Shown one piece after another: positions 47,867-57,110 of a stretch of 64,000 nucleotides of DNA (its first letter is position 1; each line of letters opens with the position of its first letter). The notes beneath the pieces are model-generated. The model did not search any database. It saw only the letters and a list, made by a program, of their open reading frames with translations, and was not told where the DNA came from. The translations under genes and the position numbers were made by a program. The stretch comes from a virus: positions 1 to 64,000 of IMG/VR virus record IMGVR_UViG_3300005613_000035; one strand, 5' to 3'.

Positions 47867-48610
47867 ATGATTTATTCAACAGGGTCTATAACTATTAAGA
47901 TAGGATCAGCATCTGTAAAAGGTGATACAGGTACTGAAGATTTCGTAACATACGCAGCAGCCGGTTATTTAATTAAACCTACTAATGAATCTACCTTTTA
48001 TGAAATAGGAGCTATCAATAGTGCTACAAGATTAACACTTACATCAAGGTATTCTAATTCTTTGTATAGAACTGCAAGAAGTGAGAATGTTGCTACTATG
48101 ACAGCTACACAATTAAGTAGTGGCACGCTAGATTACAATCCTGTATTACAAAACTATGTTACTATAAACGCTTCTGTCGAGAAATTTTCAGATAATGGTG
48201 CTGGAATACTTGTTGGAAACGCATCAGGAACTGGTACTGTTGATTATGATACAGGCGTGTGGACTATTACTTTAGGTACTACGTTAGCTACTGAAATTGT
48301 AGTATCCGCCTCATATTTATCAGGGGATACTAGAACTGCTGTTGGCTACCAAATAGTCACAGATTACACACCAAATAATAACTTTCCTGAAATGGCTTTG
48401 AGTGACGCTAACCTTCCTCATATTTATACTAAAGGTGTTAGACTTATTGATAATTTAATAAATGAGGATAGAGTAAGAATTGCTGAAGTTACTGCAACAC
48501 CTACAGAAGAATTAGGGTATGGTAAACTATTTGTAAAAGATAATAAATTATACTATCAGGCGTACTCCGCAAATGCTACTATTTATTCTATTGATATGAC
48601 AGCTATTTAG
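47867..48610 (+). CDS. Tail fiber/virion accessory protein
   Basis: YSTGSITI...VKG fiber-type N-terminus; DNGAGIL.G..GTVDY.TG motif. Confidence 0.65.
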   Translation: MIYSTGSITIKIGSASVKGDTGTEDFVTYAAAGYLIKPTNESTFYEIGAINSATRLTLTSRYSNSLYRTARSENVATMTATQLSSGTLDYNPVLQNYVTINASVEKFSDNGAGILVGNASGTGTVDYDTGVWTITLGTTLATEIVVSASYLSGDTRTAVGYQIVTDYTPNNNFPEMALSDANLPHIYTKGVRLIDNLINEDRVRIAEVTATPTEELGYGKLFVKDNKLYYQAYSANATIYSIDMTAI

Positions 48611-48613
48611 ATG

Positions 48614-48648
48614 ATCTGAGTAGCTCCTAATAGAGCTACTCAGATTTT
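48614..48648 (+). terminator. Intrinsic terminator at convergence of the two transcription units
   Basis: Perfect 13-bp stem ATCTGAGTAGCTC/GAGCTACTCAGAT, 6-nt loop, T-run. Confidence 0.8.
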
Positions 48649-48656
48649 GGTGTGTG

Positions 48657-48947
48657 CTATTCTGTGTTAAATTTTCTATATAATAATGGATTAGTGTCAA
48701 CAAATAAATACGGAAATTTTTTCCTCGCTTCTTCATATAAATATTTGATAATAATGCAACCTTCTTTTGTAGGCTTAAATTCTGGGTGCGTAATGTATAT
48801 TATAAACCCGCGAAGCTCCAATACATTATAAGCACCCATAACATTACAATTATTAAAACGTATCATATTACTAATTTTTATATCTTTAAACTTTGTGTTT
48901 TCATCTACAATAAATTCGTAGGGTATTACTATACCTATCATCCTCAT
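48657..48947 (-). CDS. Hypothetical protein
   Basis: Last ORF of the minus-strand unit. Confidence 0.55.
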   Translation of the reverse strand: MRMIGIVIPYEFIVDENTKFKDIKISNMIRFNNCNVMGAYNVLELRGFIIYITHPEFKPTKEGCIIIKYLYEEARKKFPYLFVDTNPLLYRKFNTE

Positions 48948-49182
48948 TTTTCATATCCTCTTTTTTTCTGTTTCCATTTTCCATTCTTCAAACCCTTCTC
49001 TAATTATCCTCATTTCTTTATGCCTATCTCTATCATACTCCTTCCTGTTTTTCATTACTTTAGTATTTGATGCTTTAGGTATTCGGATTGGTATTTTATT
49101 CCTAATATTTCTACTCTTGCCCATCCTACTCTCCTTATATTGTTTATTATTTTCATTTGAATGCGGCTATCACCTTTACCTC

Positions 49183-49217
49183 ACACATAAATTTAATCTG
49201 TAAATAATTTTATCTTT
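49183..49217 (-). repeat. Second copy of HD-gene 3' segment (33/35 identical to 49834-49868)
   Basis: Both copies encode KDKIIYRLNLCV; the two differences are synonymous. Confidence 0.85.
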
Positions 49218-49231
49218 TCTCAAACTGGTTT

Positions 49232-49401
49232 GTTATGCCCCTCACCACGACTTATCAGCTTAGTACAAAACAGAATTTGCGTAGCCTCTGCCCTACGCTC
49301 GTACCCATGCAAGAGGGCGATAATCCTCCTGTTCGGAATGAAATCTTGCATATACAAATCATTCCGTTACCTCGGCATTGCGTGTTTCTTAGGGGCATAA
49401 C
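49232..49401. ncRNA. Candidate structured RNA closed by 11-bp inverted repeat
   Basis: GTTATGCCCCT/AGGGGCATAAC, internal 8-bp and 6-bp hairpins, loop complementarities, elevated GC. Confidence 0.5.
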
Positions 49402-49425
49402 TATTCACCAAATACCTTTTCTATA

Positions 49426-49728
49426 TTAGTTTTCAGGTCCAGGATTGAAAGCTACATCTTCGCATGTTCCATACGTTCCTAAAAATAATGTGCCGTAATC
49501 AATCTCTAAAAGAAGACCTGCTGATATAAGATAAGATAAAAATTGATATTCCCTAAAAGCATATGCTCTCTTTTGGTCTTGATGTTTTTCTAAATACTTA
49601 GATAGTTTTTTCATTGGATAAAAATCTTGCAATGCAACAAAAAAACCGATTACGGTATAATCTGAGTATTCCCCTTTTTCCACAGAAATTAATTTTCCTG
49701 CTTTGACCATTTTTTCTTTATTTACCAT
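49426..49728 (-). CDS. Hypothetical protein
   Basis: ORF with GAGGGG RBS; GEYSDY motif. Confidence 0.65.
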   Translation of the reverse strand: MVNKEKMVKAGKLISVEKGEYSDYTVIGFFVALQDFYPMKKLSKYLEKHQDQKRAYAFREYQFLSYLISAGLLLEIDYGTLFLGTYGTCEDVAFNPGPEN

Positions 49729-49796
49729 TTAAAATACCCCTCTTTTTATGCTTTCCTGTATTTGGTTTACTTTGTTAGCCCATTTATTATTTTCCT

Positions 49797-50297
49797 TTAA
49801 TTGTTGAGACTATGACTTTCAAAACGTTTTTCTACACATAAGTTTAATCTATAAATAATTTTATCTTTGTTATATTCAACTTTTTGCTCTGGGTTTCTTC
49901 CCATCTTGTCAAAACGGGCTAACTGAACTAACTCTGATAACCAAGGATGCTCTACTAATGTTTTCACCTTTGAAAGTTTTCTCATATTGCCTAAAAGGTA
50001 ATACCAAATTCTCATATGATTCTCAATCAACCATAATGATTTCACACTGAGATAAGGTTTTAACATATTGACACCTATCTTTTCGTGCCCCAAACTATTT
50101 TCTATCTTACCAACATCATGCATCATAGCAGCAAGTATCAAATCAGTATCTATAGTTTCTCTAAAGGCACAATATAAAGTTTGAAGAGAATGGGTGAATA
50201 CGTCCCCTTCTGGGTGGTAATCTCCTTTTTGTTTGACTCCTTGGCATTGCTCAAGAATTGTAAATAAAGGGTTCATGAAATCATTAGTAAAAATCAC
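49797..50297 (-). CDS. HD-domain phosphohydrolase
   Basis: YHPEGDVFTH, MMHDVGK, GHE, NHMR, D.MGR. Confidence 0.88.
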   Translation of the reverse strand: MIFTNDFMNPLFTILEQCQGVKQKGDYHPEGDVFTHSLQTLYCAFRETIDTDLILAAMMHDVGKIENSLGHEKIGVNMLKPYLSVKSLWLIENHMRIWYYLLGNMRKLSKVKTLVEHPWLSELVQLARFDKMGRNPEQKVEYNKDKIIYRLNLCVEKRFESHSLNN

Positions 50298-50605
50298 AAT
50301 ACATAATCCTCAATAGTTTTGATAACGAATTGATCCCAAAATCTTCTGTCAATTTTAGGTGGAAGTTTGCTGATTTTAGACAATTCTTCTACCTCACTCG
50401 TGTTCTTAGCAATACTACCTTTTTTAGTTTGAATATTGTGACTTTTTGGTACTCGATTTAAAAGTATTTGTTCTTTCGTTGGAAGAAAAATGCCTTTAAA
50501 ATCCTGATCTGAATTTTCATCATCAGTCCCATATAGATGTGACCCAAATCTCATATTGACTATTATATTTAATTTTCTTGTTTGTGTTAGATTGGTTATC
50601 TTCAT
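50294..50605 (-). pseudogene. Pol-beta-type nucleotidyltransferase with large internal in-frame deletion
   Basis: FGSHLYGT...SDQDFKGIF N-terminus joined directly to S.LP..ID..F C-terminus; only 103 aa. Confidence 0.6.
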
Positions 50606-50637
50606 TTATCTACCTTTTAATATTTTTTGAGTTCATG

Positions 50638-50970
50638 TTATTTCCTTTTGATGCTTATTTCTGGAATAATGTTTACAGAAAATTTAACAGCTTTGCAAAA
50701 TAGAGGCCAAAAGACTTTTGCTGTAAAATTAATAATAATAAATTTAGCTAACCAAACTATTATGAAAATAGGCCAAAATAGGTAAACGGCTAAAACACTA
50801 AAAAATATATCAACGTAATCAAGAAATACATGCTTATTGCCTGTCAAAATAAATTCAAATGTTCTTGGAGCTACATGTTTTAAAACAATACTTCCCATAA
50901 CAACTGATAAAATTCCAAATGTTATCCAGAAAAATACAGATCCTAATACACCAAACATAAAACTAAACAT
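50638..50970 (-). CDS. Membrane protein
   Basis: Two or three hydrophobic helices. Confidence 0.7.
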   Translation of the reverse strand: MFSFMFGVLGSVFFWITFGILSVVMGSIVLKHVAPRTFEFILTGNKHVFLDYVDIFFSVLAVYLFWPIFIIVWLAKFIIINFTAKVFWPLFCKAVKFSVNIIPEISIKRK

Positions 50971-51058
50971 GATTTACCCCCTTTTCCTTTTGTTTTAGAT
51001 TCTTTATACTGTTAATAGTTCTTGTTGCTCAACTTTTATGGTACATAATGCTCGGCAT

Positions 51059-53902
51059 CTATATCTCACATGCTCCTCCAATACAAGCAAATTCTTGTGA
51101 CCCAGTTGTTGTGTCATTTTTTTCATACTCTATTAATTTATCAAAATCAATATTTATGTTTTTAGATAATTCTTCATAAGTTTCTTCGTCTATCTCTTCA
51201 AACGGAGCTAACTGATAAATTCCAGTATCATACGGTAAAAAGGATAAGCCACATACTATATTCCAATTTTTATAAATCCAAGATGCAACCTCTAACCATT
51301 CATCTTTTTTTACATAAATAGTGCAGCTAGGATTATGTTCACACCAGTATTCCTTTAACATTTTCCAGTATTCTAATTGTTGTAATGCAGTTACAGAGTC
51401 TTTCATTAATGATTCTTTTGGTGATTTCATATAAAAATCAAATACGAAAGTTGTCGCACTATCTATTGTCTCTCCTATTTCTGGGGCATATTTAATATTC
51501 TGATCTATCAGAAATTTTGATATTGGATCAAACGAATTTAATCTTATTCTTCTTATGTAATATGGGGCATATCTTGGATGTATTCCAGAAGAGCAACCTA
51601 CTAATTGTGAAACGGTTCCACTAGGCTTTACACATGTTATTGCTGCTGGCATTTTTATACCTAAGATTCCAGACCATCTTTTTGCAGTTTCTATAGCTTC
51701 CTCTTTCATTTCATACAACCACTTTTTAGAAGTTTTATTTACAGTATTAAGTATTGGATGATCAGCAAGTCCTGTTAAACTAACACCTAACAGTCTTTCA
51801 TCCTTACAGTTATCCTTATATCTTTTACTTATAAAATTAAAATCTGTTAAAGTTGATTGTATACAACCTAAGATTGTAGCATATTTGACTTTTTCTTTTA
51901 TATCTTCCTTTCCATCTTTTGGACGTAGTATAACTTCAGATAGATTACAAAATTGTTTAGGTCTTAATATTATTTCCCCGCAGTTATGTGCTATAACTCC
52001 ATTAACAACTCCCCAATGAGTTTTAGATTCTGAAAAATCAAAAACTTCCTCTTCTCTTAAATACTTTACTGCTCTAACAGTAATACTTTTTGATAAGATT
52101 GCTTTTCTTAGCTTTTCTTGCTTATATTTTTGTGCAAAGCTAATTAACTCTGAGAATTTTACAATGGATTCAAAATTACTAACATTTACATCATAACTCT
52201 GTTTGCTATTATAAACACCATTATGATGTTTTACATCATGTGATTTATTTGTTGTAATATAACTTTTTATTTCCCTATCATTTAATTCTTTAACAAGCTG
52301 ATTCGCTAAAACTTTACTAGTGGTTTTATAGGCAATTCTTCCAACACTTTCAATAACTGATCCATTAGCTGAAAACAAACCAGATAAAAAATCATCAGTA
52401 ATTTTTATATTGCTTGGCAACCTTTTATCTTCATAAGATAAAGGTTCTAATTTATATTCTAAAGCAATTTTTTTAGCTTCTCTATTGTAATTTCTGCCAT
52501 ATTCTATACCAAGTAGTTTTGCTACATCTAAATCATTTTTACCTATGTGAACTTCCATTCCTTTATGTATTTTAGAGTTTAATCTTTTTACACTACCATC
52601 CCCAAGAATAAATCCAGCATAAAAGTCGTTTCTGTTAAAGGTATTTTTAACATTAAAAAAAGGCATTAATCGCTTTCCCTTTAAATCTTTGGCTAAACAC
52701 GAAGAACCATCATTAAGTTTAAATTCGTGGTTTTCTGTACATTTAATGCTCTCCTTTTTTCCCGTGAAAACAATTTTGTACACGGGTTTTATACCAGTAC
52801 TCCAGATTCTTCCCTTTGAAATTTCACCCTTTTCATTTATTAAATTGACATTCTCTAACTTTGATAATTCATCAAATCTTTTATAACCAGTTTCAGTTAG
52901 TAATTGCATATCTTTAGTAAAACAAGGGTTGCTCCCAAATTTATGATCCGGGTCTCTTCTACCATTTTTAGCTACTGTATATTTTACTGCTGTCCTATTA
53001 AATATTCCCCTCTCCCCACATTTTGATTCTATAAGTTTCTTCCACTCATCTATAAACTTTATTATATCTGGTTTTATATTGTATACAGCAGAATTATTAG
53101 CTAATCTTCTTTGAGTATTATGCCTCCAAAATTCCCCTACTTTAGCTCTTGACATACTATCATCAGATAAATCAGATAGACTGACGCAAGCAGAGCGTCT
53201 GACCCCACCAGATACTATAGATGCAGCTATATGACATATTATATCATGACATTCAATAGGATATAGCTGTCTACCAACAGCTCCCATTACTATTTTTTTT
53301 GTATTCTCTAATAAAGAAATTAAAGGAGCTGGGCCACTAGCCCTACCCCCAAACGTTTTTAATATAGATCCTTCTAGTCTTAGCTTTGATACATCATACT
53401 TAAAATTTTTTCCTTTATATAAGTTTTTTAAGTATCTATTATAACCATCTGCCCATCCTTTTTTTGAATCTGAAAAGATAATAACATCATCACAATCTTC
53501 TATTTTGGTAGGAAGTTTTGGTAGCTTACATATTTCATCTTGTTCTACAGAAAATCCTACACCAGTTCCACACATTAGTATATATAGTATTTCTGAAAAT
53601 ACTTTGATGTTATCAACAGATACAAAGCAACAATTATAAGCTGCTATGTTGTCTTTATCTAAAGCTTTTCCTGCTGTCCAAAATGCTCTCATAGATGGTG
53701 CTATCTTAACATCCATAATAAATTCACAAGCTTTTTCAAATTCTTCTTTTGCTTTTTTATCTTTTATTCTTTTAATTAAAAAACTTTTATATCTCTCTAC
53801 AGATTCTTTCCAGTCCTCTCTTCTCAACACATTCTGAAGCCATCTTGCATAAAATATCTTATATATTAATTTTTGATACAACTTATTATTATCCACAAAC
53901 AC
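51059..53902 (-). CDS. nrdJ: Class II (AdoCbl-dependent) ribonucleotide reductase with intein
   Basis: PSMR, YNC, GTGVGFS, SGGVRRSA, NP/CGEI, FCNLSE, TCVKPSGTVS, C-terminal CIGGACEI. Confidence 0.93.
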   Translation of the reverse strand: MFVDNNKLYQKLIYKIFYARWLQNVLRREDWKESVERYKSFLIKRIKDKKAKEEFEKACEFIMDVKIAPSMRAFWTAGKALDKDNIAAYNCCFVSVDNIKVFSEILYILMCGTGVGFSVEQDEICKLPKLPTKIEDCDDVIIFSDSKKGWADGYNRYLKNLYKGKNFKYDVSKLRLEGSILKTFGGRASGPAPLISLLENTKKIVMGAVGRQLYPIECHDIICHIAASIVSGGVRRSACVSLSDLSDDSMSRAKVGEFWRHNTQRRLANNSAVYNIKPDIIKFIDEWKKLIESKCGERGIFNRTAVKYTVAKNGRRDPDHKFGSNPCFTKDMQLLTETGYKRFDELSKLENVNLINEKGEISKGRIWSTGIKPVYKIVFTGKKESIKCTENHEFKLNDGSSCLAKDLKGKRLMPFFNVKNTFNRNDFYAGFILGDGSVKRLNSKIHKGMEVHIGKNDLDVAKLLGIEYGRNYNREAKKIALEYKLEPLSYEDKRLPSNIKITDDFLSGLFSANGSVIESVGRIAYKTTSKVLANQLVKELNDREIKSYITTNKSHDVKHHNGVYNSKQSYDVNVSNFESIVKFSELISFAQKYKQEKLRKAILSKSITVRAVKYLREEEVFDFSESKTHWGVVNGVIAHNCGEIILRPKQFCNLSEVILRPKDGKEDIKEKVKYATILGCIQSTLTDFNFISKRYKDNCKDERLLGVSLTGLADHPILNTVNKTSKKWLYEMKEEAIETAKRWSGILGIKMPAAITCVKPSGTVSQLVGCSSGIHPRYAPYYIRRIRLNSFDPISKFLIDQNIKYAPEIGETIDSATTFVFDFYMKSPKESLMKDSVTALQQLEYWKMLKEYWCEHNPSCTIYVKKDEWLEVASWIYKNWNIVCGLSFLPYDTGIYQLAPFEEIDEETYEELSKNINIDFDKLIEYEKNDTTTGSQEFACIGGACEI
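51983..52924 (-). mobile_element. Intein (314 aa) with LAGLIDADG endonuclease
   Basis: Starts CFTKDMQLLT, ends NGVIAHN followed by Cys+1; AGFILGDGS and SGLFSANGS blocks. Confidence 0.93.
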
Positions 53903-53910
53903 GCCTCCTT

Positions 53911-54816
53911 TTAATAGCTATAACCATATCTTCTATACATAATAGCTCTGTACCAACTTGTCCACCAAGCTCTATCTTTCTGGGCACGTGCATTACAGCT
54001 ATAACATCCTGTTATCAAGTTTGATGGATGGCAATTTTTTTTGTCATTATCTATATGCATTATACATAATGGTAAATGGTAACTTGTTTTCCAGCAGTTA
54101 GGATTAAGACATTTGTGTCCGTCTCTTATTTTTATATCTTCTTTGTACTCCTTGTCTGTCCAAACTTCACAATAAGGTTCCCAAGACGCGCCATTTTTCC
54201 AATTTGGGTGGTCCTCTCCTATTTTAAAAACCCCTCCATTTTTCTCTAATGAACATAGTGGACATCTATGTTTTTGTTTAAAACTATCCCAGCACATCAT
54301 GAATTTATGCCCTTTGTCACATTCAAACTTTAATTTTTCTCCAGAATTTATATATTCTTTTGATAGTAATTTATATCCTATTTCTTCAGCATTCCTCTTT
54401 ATATGATCTATAGTTAATCTTATATTTCCAGCACATTTTGCACATCTCTGCCCTTGCTGGAAATGTCCCCAAGTCATAAGAAACTTATGCCCTTTATCAC
54501 ACTTGAATTTTAGTTTAGTTGAATTATTTGTGTATTTTTCTGATAAGCATACATAACCATCAGCAACTTCTCTTGTTTTCTGCTTTACATAGTCTATTGT
54601 CAATCTTTGAGAATTGCCTCGTGTTTTACTATAACATTTATAGCATCTTTCCCCCCTCTGAAAATTATTCCAGGTAACTTTATATTGGTGACCTTTCATA
54701 CACTCGACTTTTAACTTTGTACTAGAATTCTTATACTCTTTTGATAATAATTTATATCCTTCCTTTTCTATTTTATTTTTTATATAATCATATGTTAAAC
54801 GTTTAGTACAGCTCAT
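53911..54816 (-). CDS. HNH homing endonuclease with 3 zinc-ribbon repeats
   Basis: 3x C.KGH...RCxxC; HPNWK.G; RDGHKC..C...HID..K.N...NLIT.C..CN. Confidence 0.85.
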   Translation of the reverse strand: MSCTKRLTYDYIKNKIEKEGYKLLSKEYKNSSTKLKVECMKGHQYKVTWNNFQRGERCYKCYSKTRGNSQRLTIDYVKQKTREVADGYVCLSEKYTNNSTKLKFKCDKGHKFLMTWGHFQQGQRCAKCAGNIRLTIDHIKRNAEEIGYKLLSKEYINSGEKLKFECDKGHKFMMCWDSFKQKHRCPLCSLEKNGGVFKIGEDHPNWKNGASWEPYCEVWTDKEYKEDIKIRDGHKCLNPNCWKTSYHLPLCIMHIDNDKKNCHPSNLITGCYSCNARAQKDRAWWTSWYRAIMYRRYGYSY

Positions 54817-54831
54817 CTCATCCCACCTTTT

Positions 54832-55044
54832 TTAGAATTCAAGTTTCATAAGCATCTTAGCTGCTGTATATATAAAATAAGCTACGCTAAATATGCATGG
54901 TGCCCATATAATGTTTGTAATCTGATCGTCTAATAGTTTATAGAGCAAGTATCTTTTTGCAACTTTTTCTGCTTGTTCTGACGTAAGATTAATGTCAAAC
55001 GACTTAACAATTTTTGAAACTTCTTTTAATTTTTCAGCATTCAT
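54832..55044 (-). CDS. Hypothetical protein with C-terminal TM
   Basis: AGGAG RBS. Confidence 0.6.
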   Translation of the reverse strand: MNAEKLKEVSKIVKSFDINLTSEQAEKVAKRYLLYKLLDDQITNIIWAPCIFSVAYFIYTAAKMLMKLEF

Positions 55045-55210
55045 TTTTTACTCTCCTTTCTTAATTATAAGGCATGCAAGTGCTACAATAATACCAAGAA
55101 TTATTTCCATAATAAGAACAAACGGTAATAAGCATGCAATAATACCTGTAGAATAATCATTCTCATTGTTATGCGTTTTACCCTCCATATTGTGTCTCCT
55201 TTTAGTTTGA

Positions 55211-56206
55211 TTATTTTCTTATCCCTTTTAATAGTATTTCAATCGTCCAGGTTTTGTCCTCAAATTCAATATCAACCTTCTTGAATGTTTGATTTGATAC
55301 GGAACCCCCAATCGTTGCACCTGGCTCTGTTGATGTTGCTGAACAATTTACATTATTGTTGTCTATATTAGACACATCAATAGTAGTAGTAGCAAGATCA
55401 GAAAAGTCTAAAACGATATCATCATGATACCAAAAATATCCTTGGATACCAACAGGTTGAATATATTCCCGCTTTTTTTCAAGCCTAAACTCAACTTTTA
55501 TCAACCCATTTTCTGCACGGCCAGGATCATCAACTTCAGGGTTGTTAAGCGGTACAAACTTAAACCGTTTTCCTTCAGTTAGTGATTCTGTTATGAAACG
55601 CTCCAAGATAACTTCCGAGTTTGCATTGATTACTAAGTCACCAAATGATGAGATTGGTGAACCATCAATTGTGACTTTAGCTGCTGCTTTCCTATCGTTT
55701 TTGTTTTTCAGTATGATCTTATATTCAGAATCAAATGGTATCACAGCAACGCCATCAATTTCTTTGATGGGATTGCCATCAAGAATGACATTGCAAACAA
55801 ATTCCCCAACTTTCTCATACCTGGGCATGCTTCTTGCGTAAGAAATGCTACAAAAAAGAAAAATTATTGTGATGATACTTAGTGACTTTTTCATTTTTTT
55901 TATCTCCCTCCTGTTATTCCCTCTATTATTTACATAGAAATTTAGCAGAACGCCCTCTTTTGCATCCCATAATATTTCTTGTAATATTTGTTTTAATGTA
56001 CATGGTTTTTCCTTAGCAATAGACATAGCGTGTAAAATTATCTTTTCTTTAGTAATTGGATCTATAGAACTTTTGTTTTGTTGTCCAGCAAGAATCATAA
56101 TTTTGTTAATTAATTTCTCTAATTCTGCTTGTTCTCTTACCTGTCTCCTTAAAAACGGATAGTTGGACATAGCATGAAATTTTATTGCTTGCTCTAAAAA
56201 CTTCAC
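55211..56206 (-). CDS. Hypothetical; probably a read-through of two genes, with an internal start at 55894 for a secreted beta-sandwich protein
   Basis: GGAGGGAG RBS before MKKSLSIITIIFLFCSISYA. Confidence 0.6.
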   Translation of the reverse strand: MKFLEQAIKFHAMSNYPFLRRQVREQAELEKLINKIMILAGQQNKSSIDPITKEKIILHAMSIAKEKPCTLKQILQEILWDAKEGVLLNFYVNNRGNNRREIKKMKKSLSIITIIFLFCSISYARSMPRYEKVGEFVCNVILDGNPIKEIDGVAVIPFDSEYKIILKNKNDRKAAAKVTIDGSPISSFGDLVINANSEVILERFITESLTEGKRFKFVPLNNPEVDDPGRAENGLIKVEFRLEKKREYIQPVGIQGYFWYHDDIVLDFSDLATTTIDVSNIDNNNVNCSATSTEPGATIGGSVSNQTFKKVDIEFEDKTWTIEILLKGIRK

Positions 56207-56240
56207 TTTGTACTTCCTTTTTTAAAATAGGTTTTTATAT

Positions 56241-56612
56241 TTATGTTGAATGTTTTTTAATCCACTCTTTCATTTCTGGAACAACATAAAAACAGTTATT
56301 TTCAAGAAATCTTGCCATGTTTTTGCTTATATTGTTTTTTATTTTAAATGCAACTTCTCTTGCTCTTGGCCCAAAGTATCTATCACATTTTTTGCAAATA
56401 TATATTTCACCATCTGGATCAAATGGATAAATAAAATCAGGTTTTCTACCACAAAAATCACACATAGAGCCTTCAGCCCCCTTTTCTATACAATCATTAC
56501 ATTTTGTCCACGCTTTATGAATTTCTCTTAATTCATCAGTTATATCCTCCTTTTTATAAACAATTTTAAAACACCAATCACATATTATATTACCATCTTT
56601 TGTATACGACAT
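56241..56612 (-). CDS. Cys-rich (4x CxxC) zinc-finger protein
   Basis: CDWC, CNDC, CDFC, CKKC. Confidence 0.7.
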   Translation of the reverse strand: MSYTKDGNIICDWCFKIVYKKEDITDELREIHKAWTKCNDCIEKGAEGSMCDFCGRKPDFIYPFDPDGEIYICKKCDRYFGPRAREVAFKIKNNISKNMARFLENNCFYVVPEMKEWIKKHST

Positions 56613-56614
56613 AG

Positions 56615-57106
56615 TTACTCCTTTATATTTACATTACTGGCGTTATCCTCTACTTTTTTAGGAACATCCTTTATCTTTTTAGTATTGGTCTTCTCATCTA
56701 TTTTTTTAGGTGCATCAGCTTTCTTAGGTACTATAACATTAGCTTCAAAACTTTTATTAAGTTCATCAACAAGAGATCTCATAGCATATATAGTTAAGGG
56801 TATACCTCTTTGTATATCAAAGAAGTTTTGTAGGCTATTTAATACTTTGGTTTGAACTTCTGGTTTATATGCTCCTCCATCAGATTTTTCCAAGGTATTA
56901 TTTTTAAATATACCACCAATTTCATTAACAATAGCTCTCATAGCGTATGTAGTTAGCTTAACTTCATGCTGTTCTAACCAAAAGTTTTGAATACTAGTTA
57001 AAACTTGTTGTTTAATATCACCCTTATCCTCTGCATTTACTACTGATACAAACGAAAAACAAATACAAATTACTGCAATAATACTTACTCTCATAATAAT
57101 TTTCAT
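56615..57106 (-). CDS. Secreted protein with two ~45-aa internal repeats
   Basis: Signal peptide; VL.S.QNF...LT.YAMR..V.E occurs twice. Confidence 0.7.
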   Translation of the reverse strand: MKIIMRVSIIAVICICFSFVSVVNAEDKGDIKQQVLTSIQNFWLEQHEVKLTTYAMRAIVNEIGGIFKNNTLEKSDGGAYKPEVQTKVLNSLQNFFDIQRGIPLTIYAMRSLVDELNKSFEANVIVPKKADAPKKIDEKTNTKKIKDVPKKVEDNASNVNIKE

Positions 57107-57110
57107 AGTT

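Noticed and set aside
48670-48705. TTGACA on the minus strand as a promoter
   Set aside because: Poor -10 match, inside an ORF, and pointing straight into the terminator.
49232-49410. GGGGC and CACCA ends suggesting a tRNA or permuted tmRNA; CTGATAAG/GAAA suggesting a hammerhead
   Set aside because: No T-arm or correctly placed CCA, and the hammerhead core elements are not adjacent to the required stems.
55150-55180. GCATAACAAT on the minus strand as another attC left end
   Set aside because: It lies in a plausible small ORF and has no matching stem or GTT right end.
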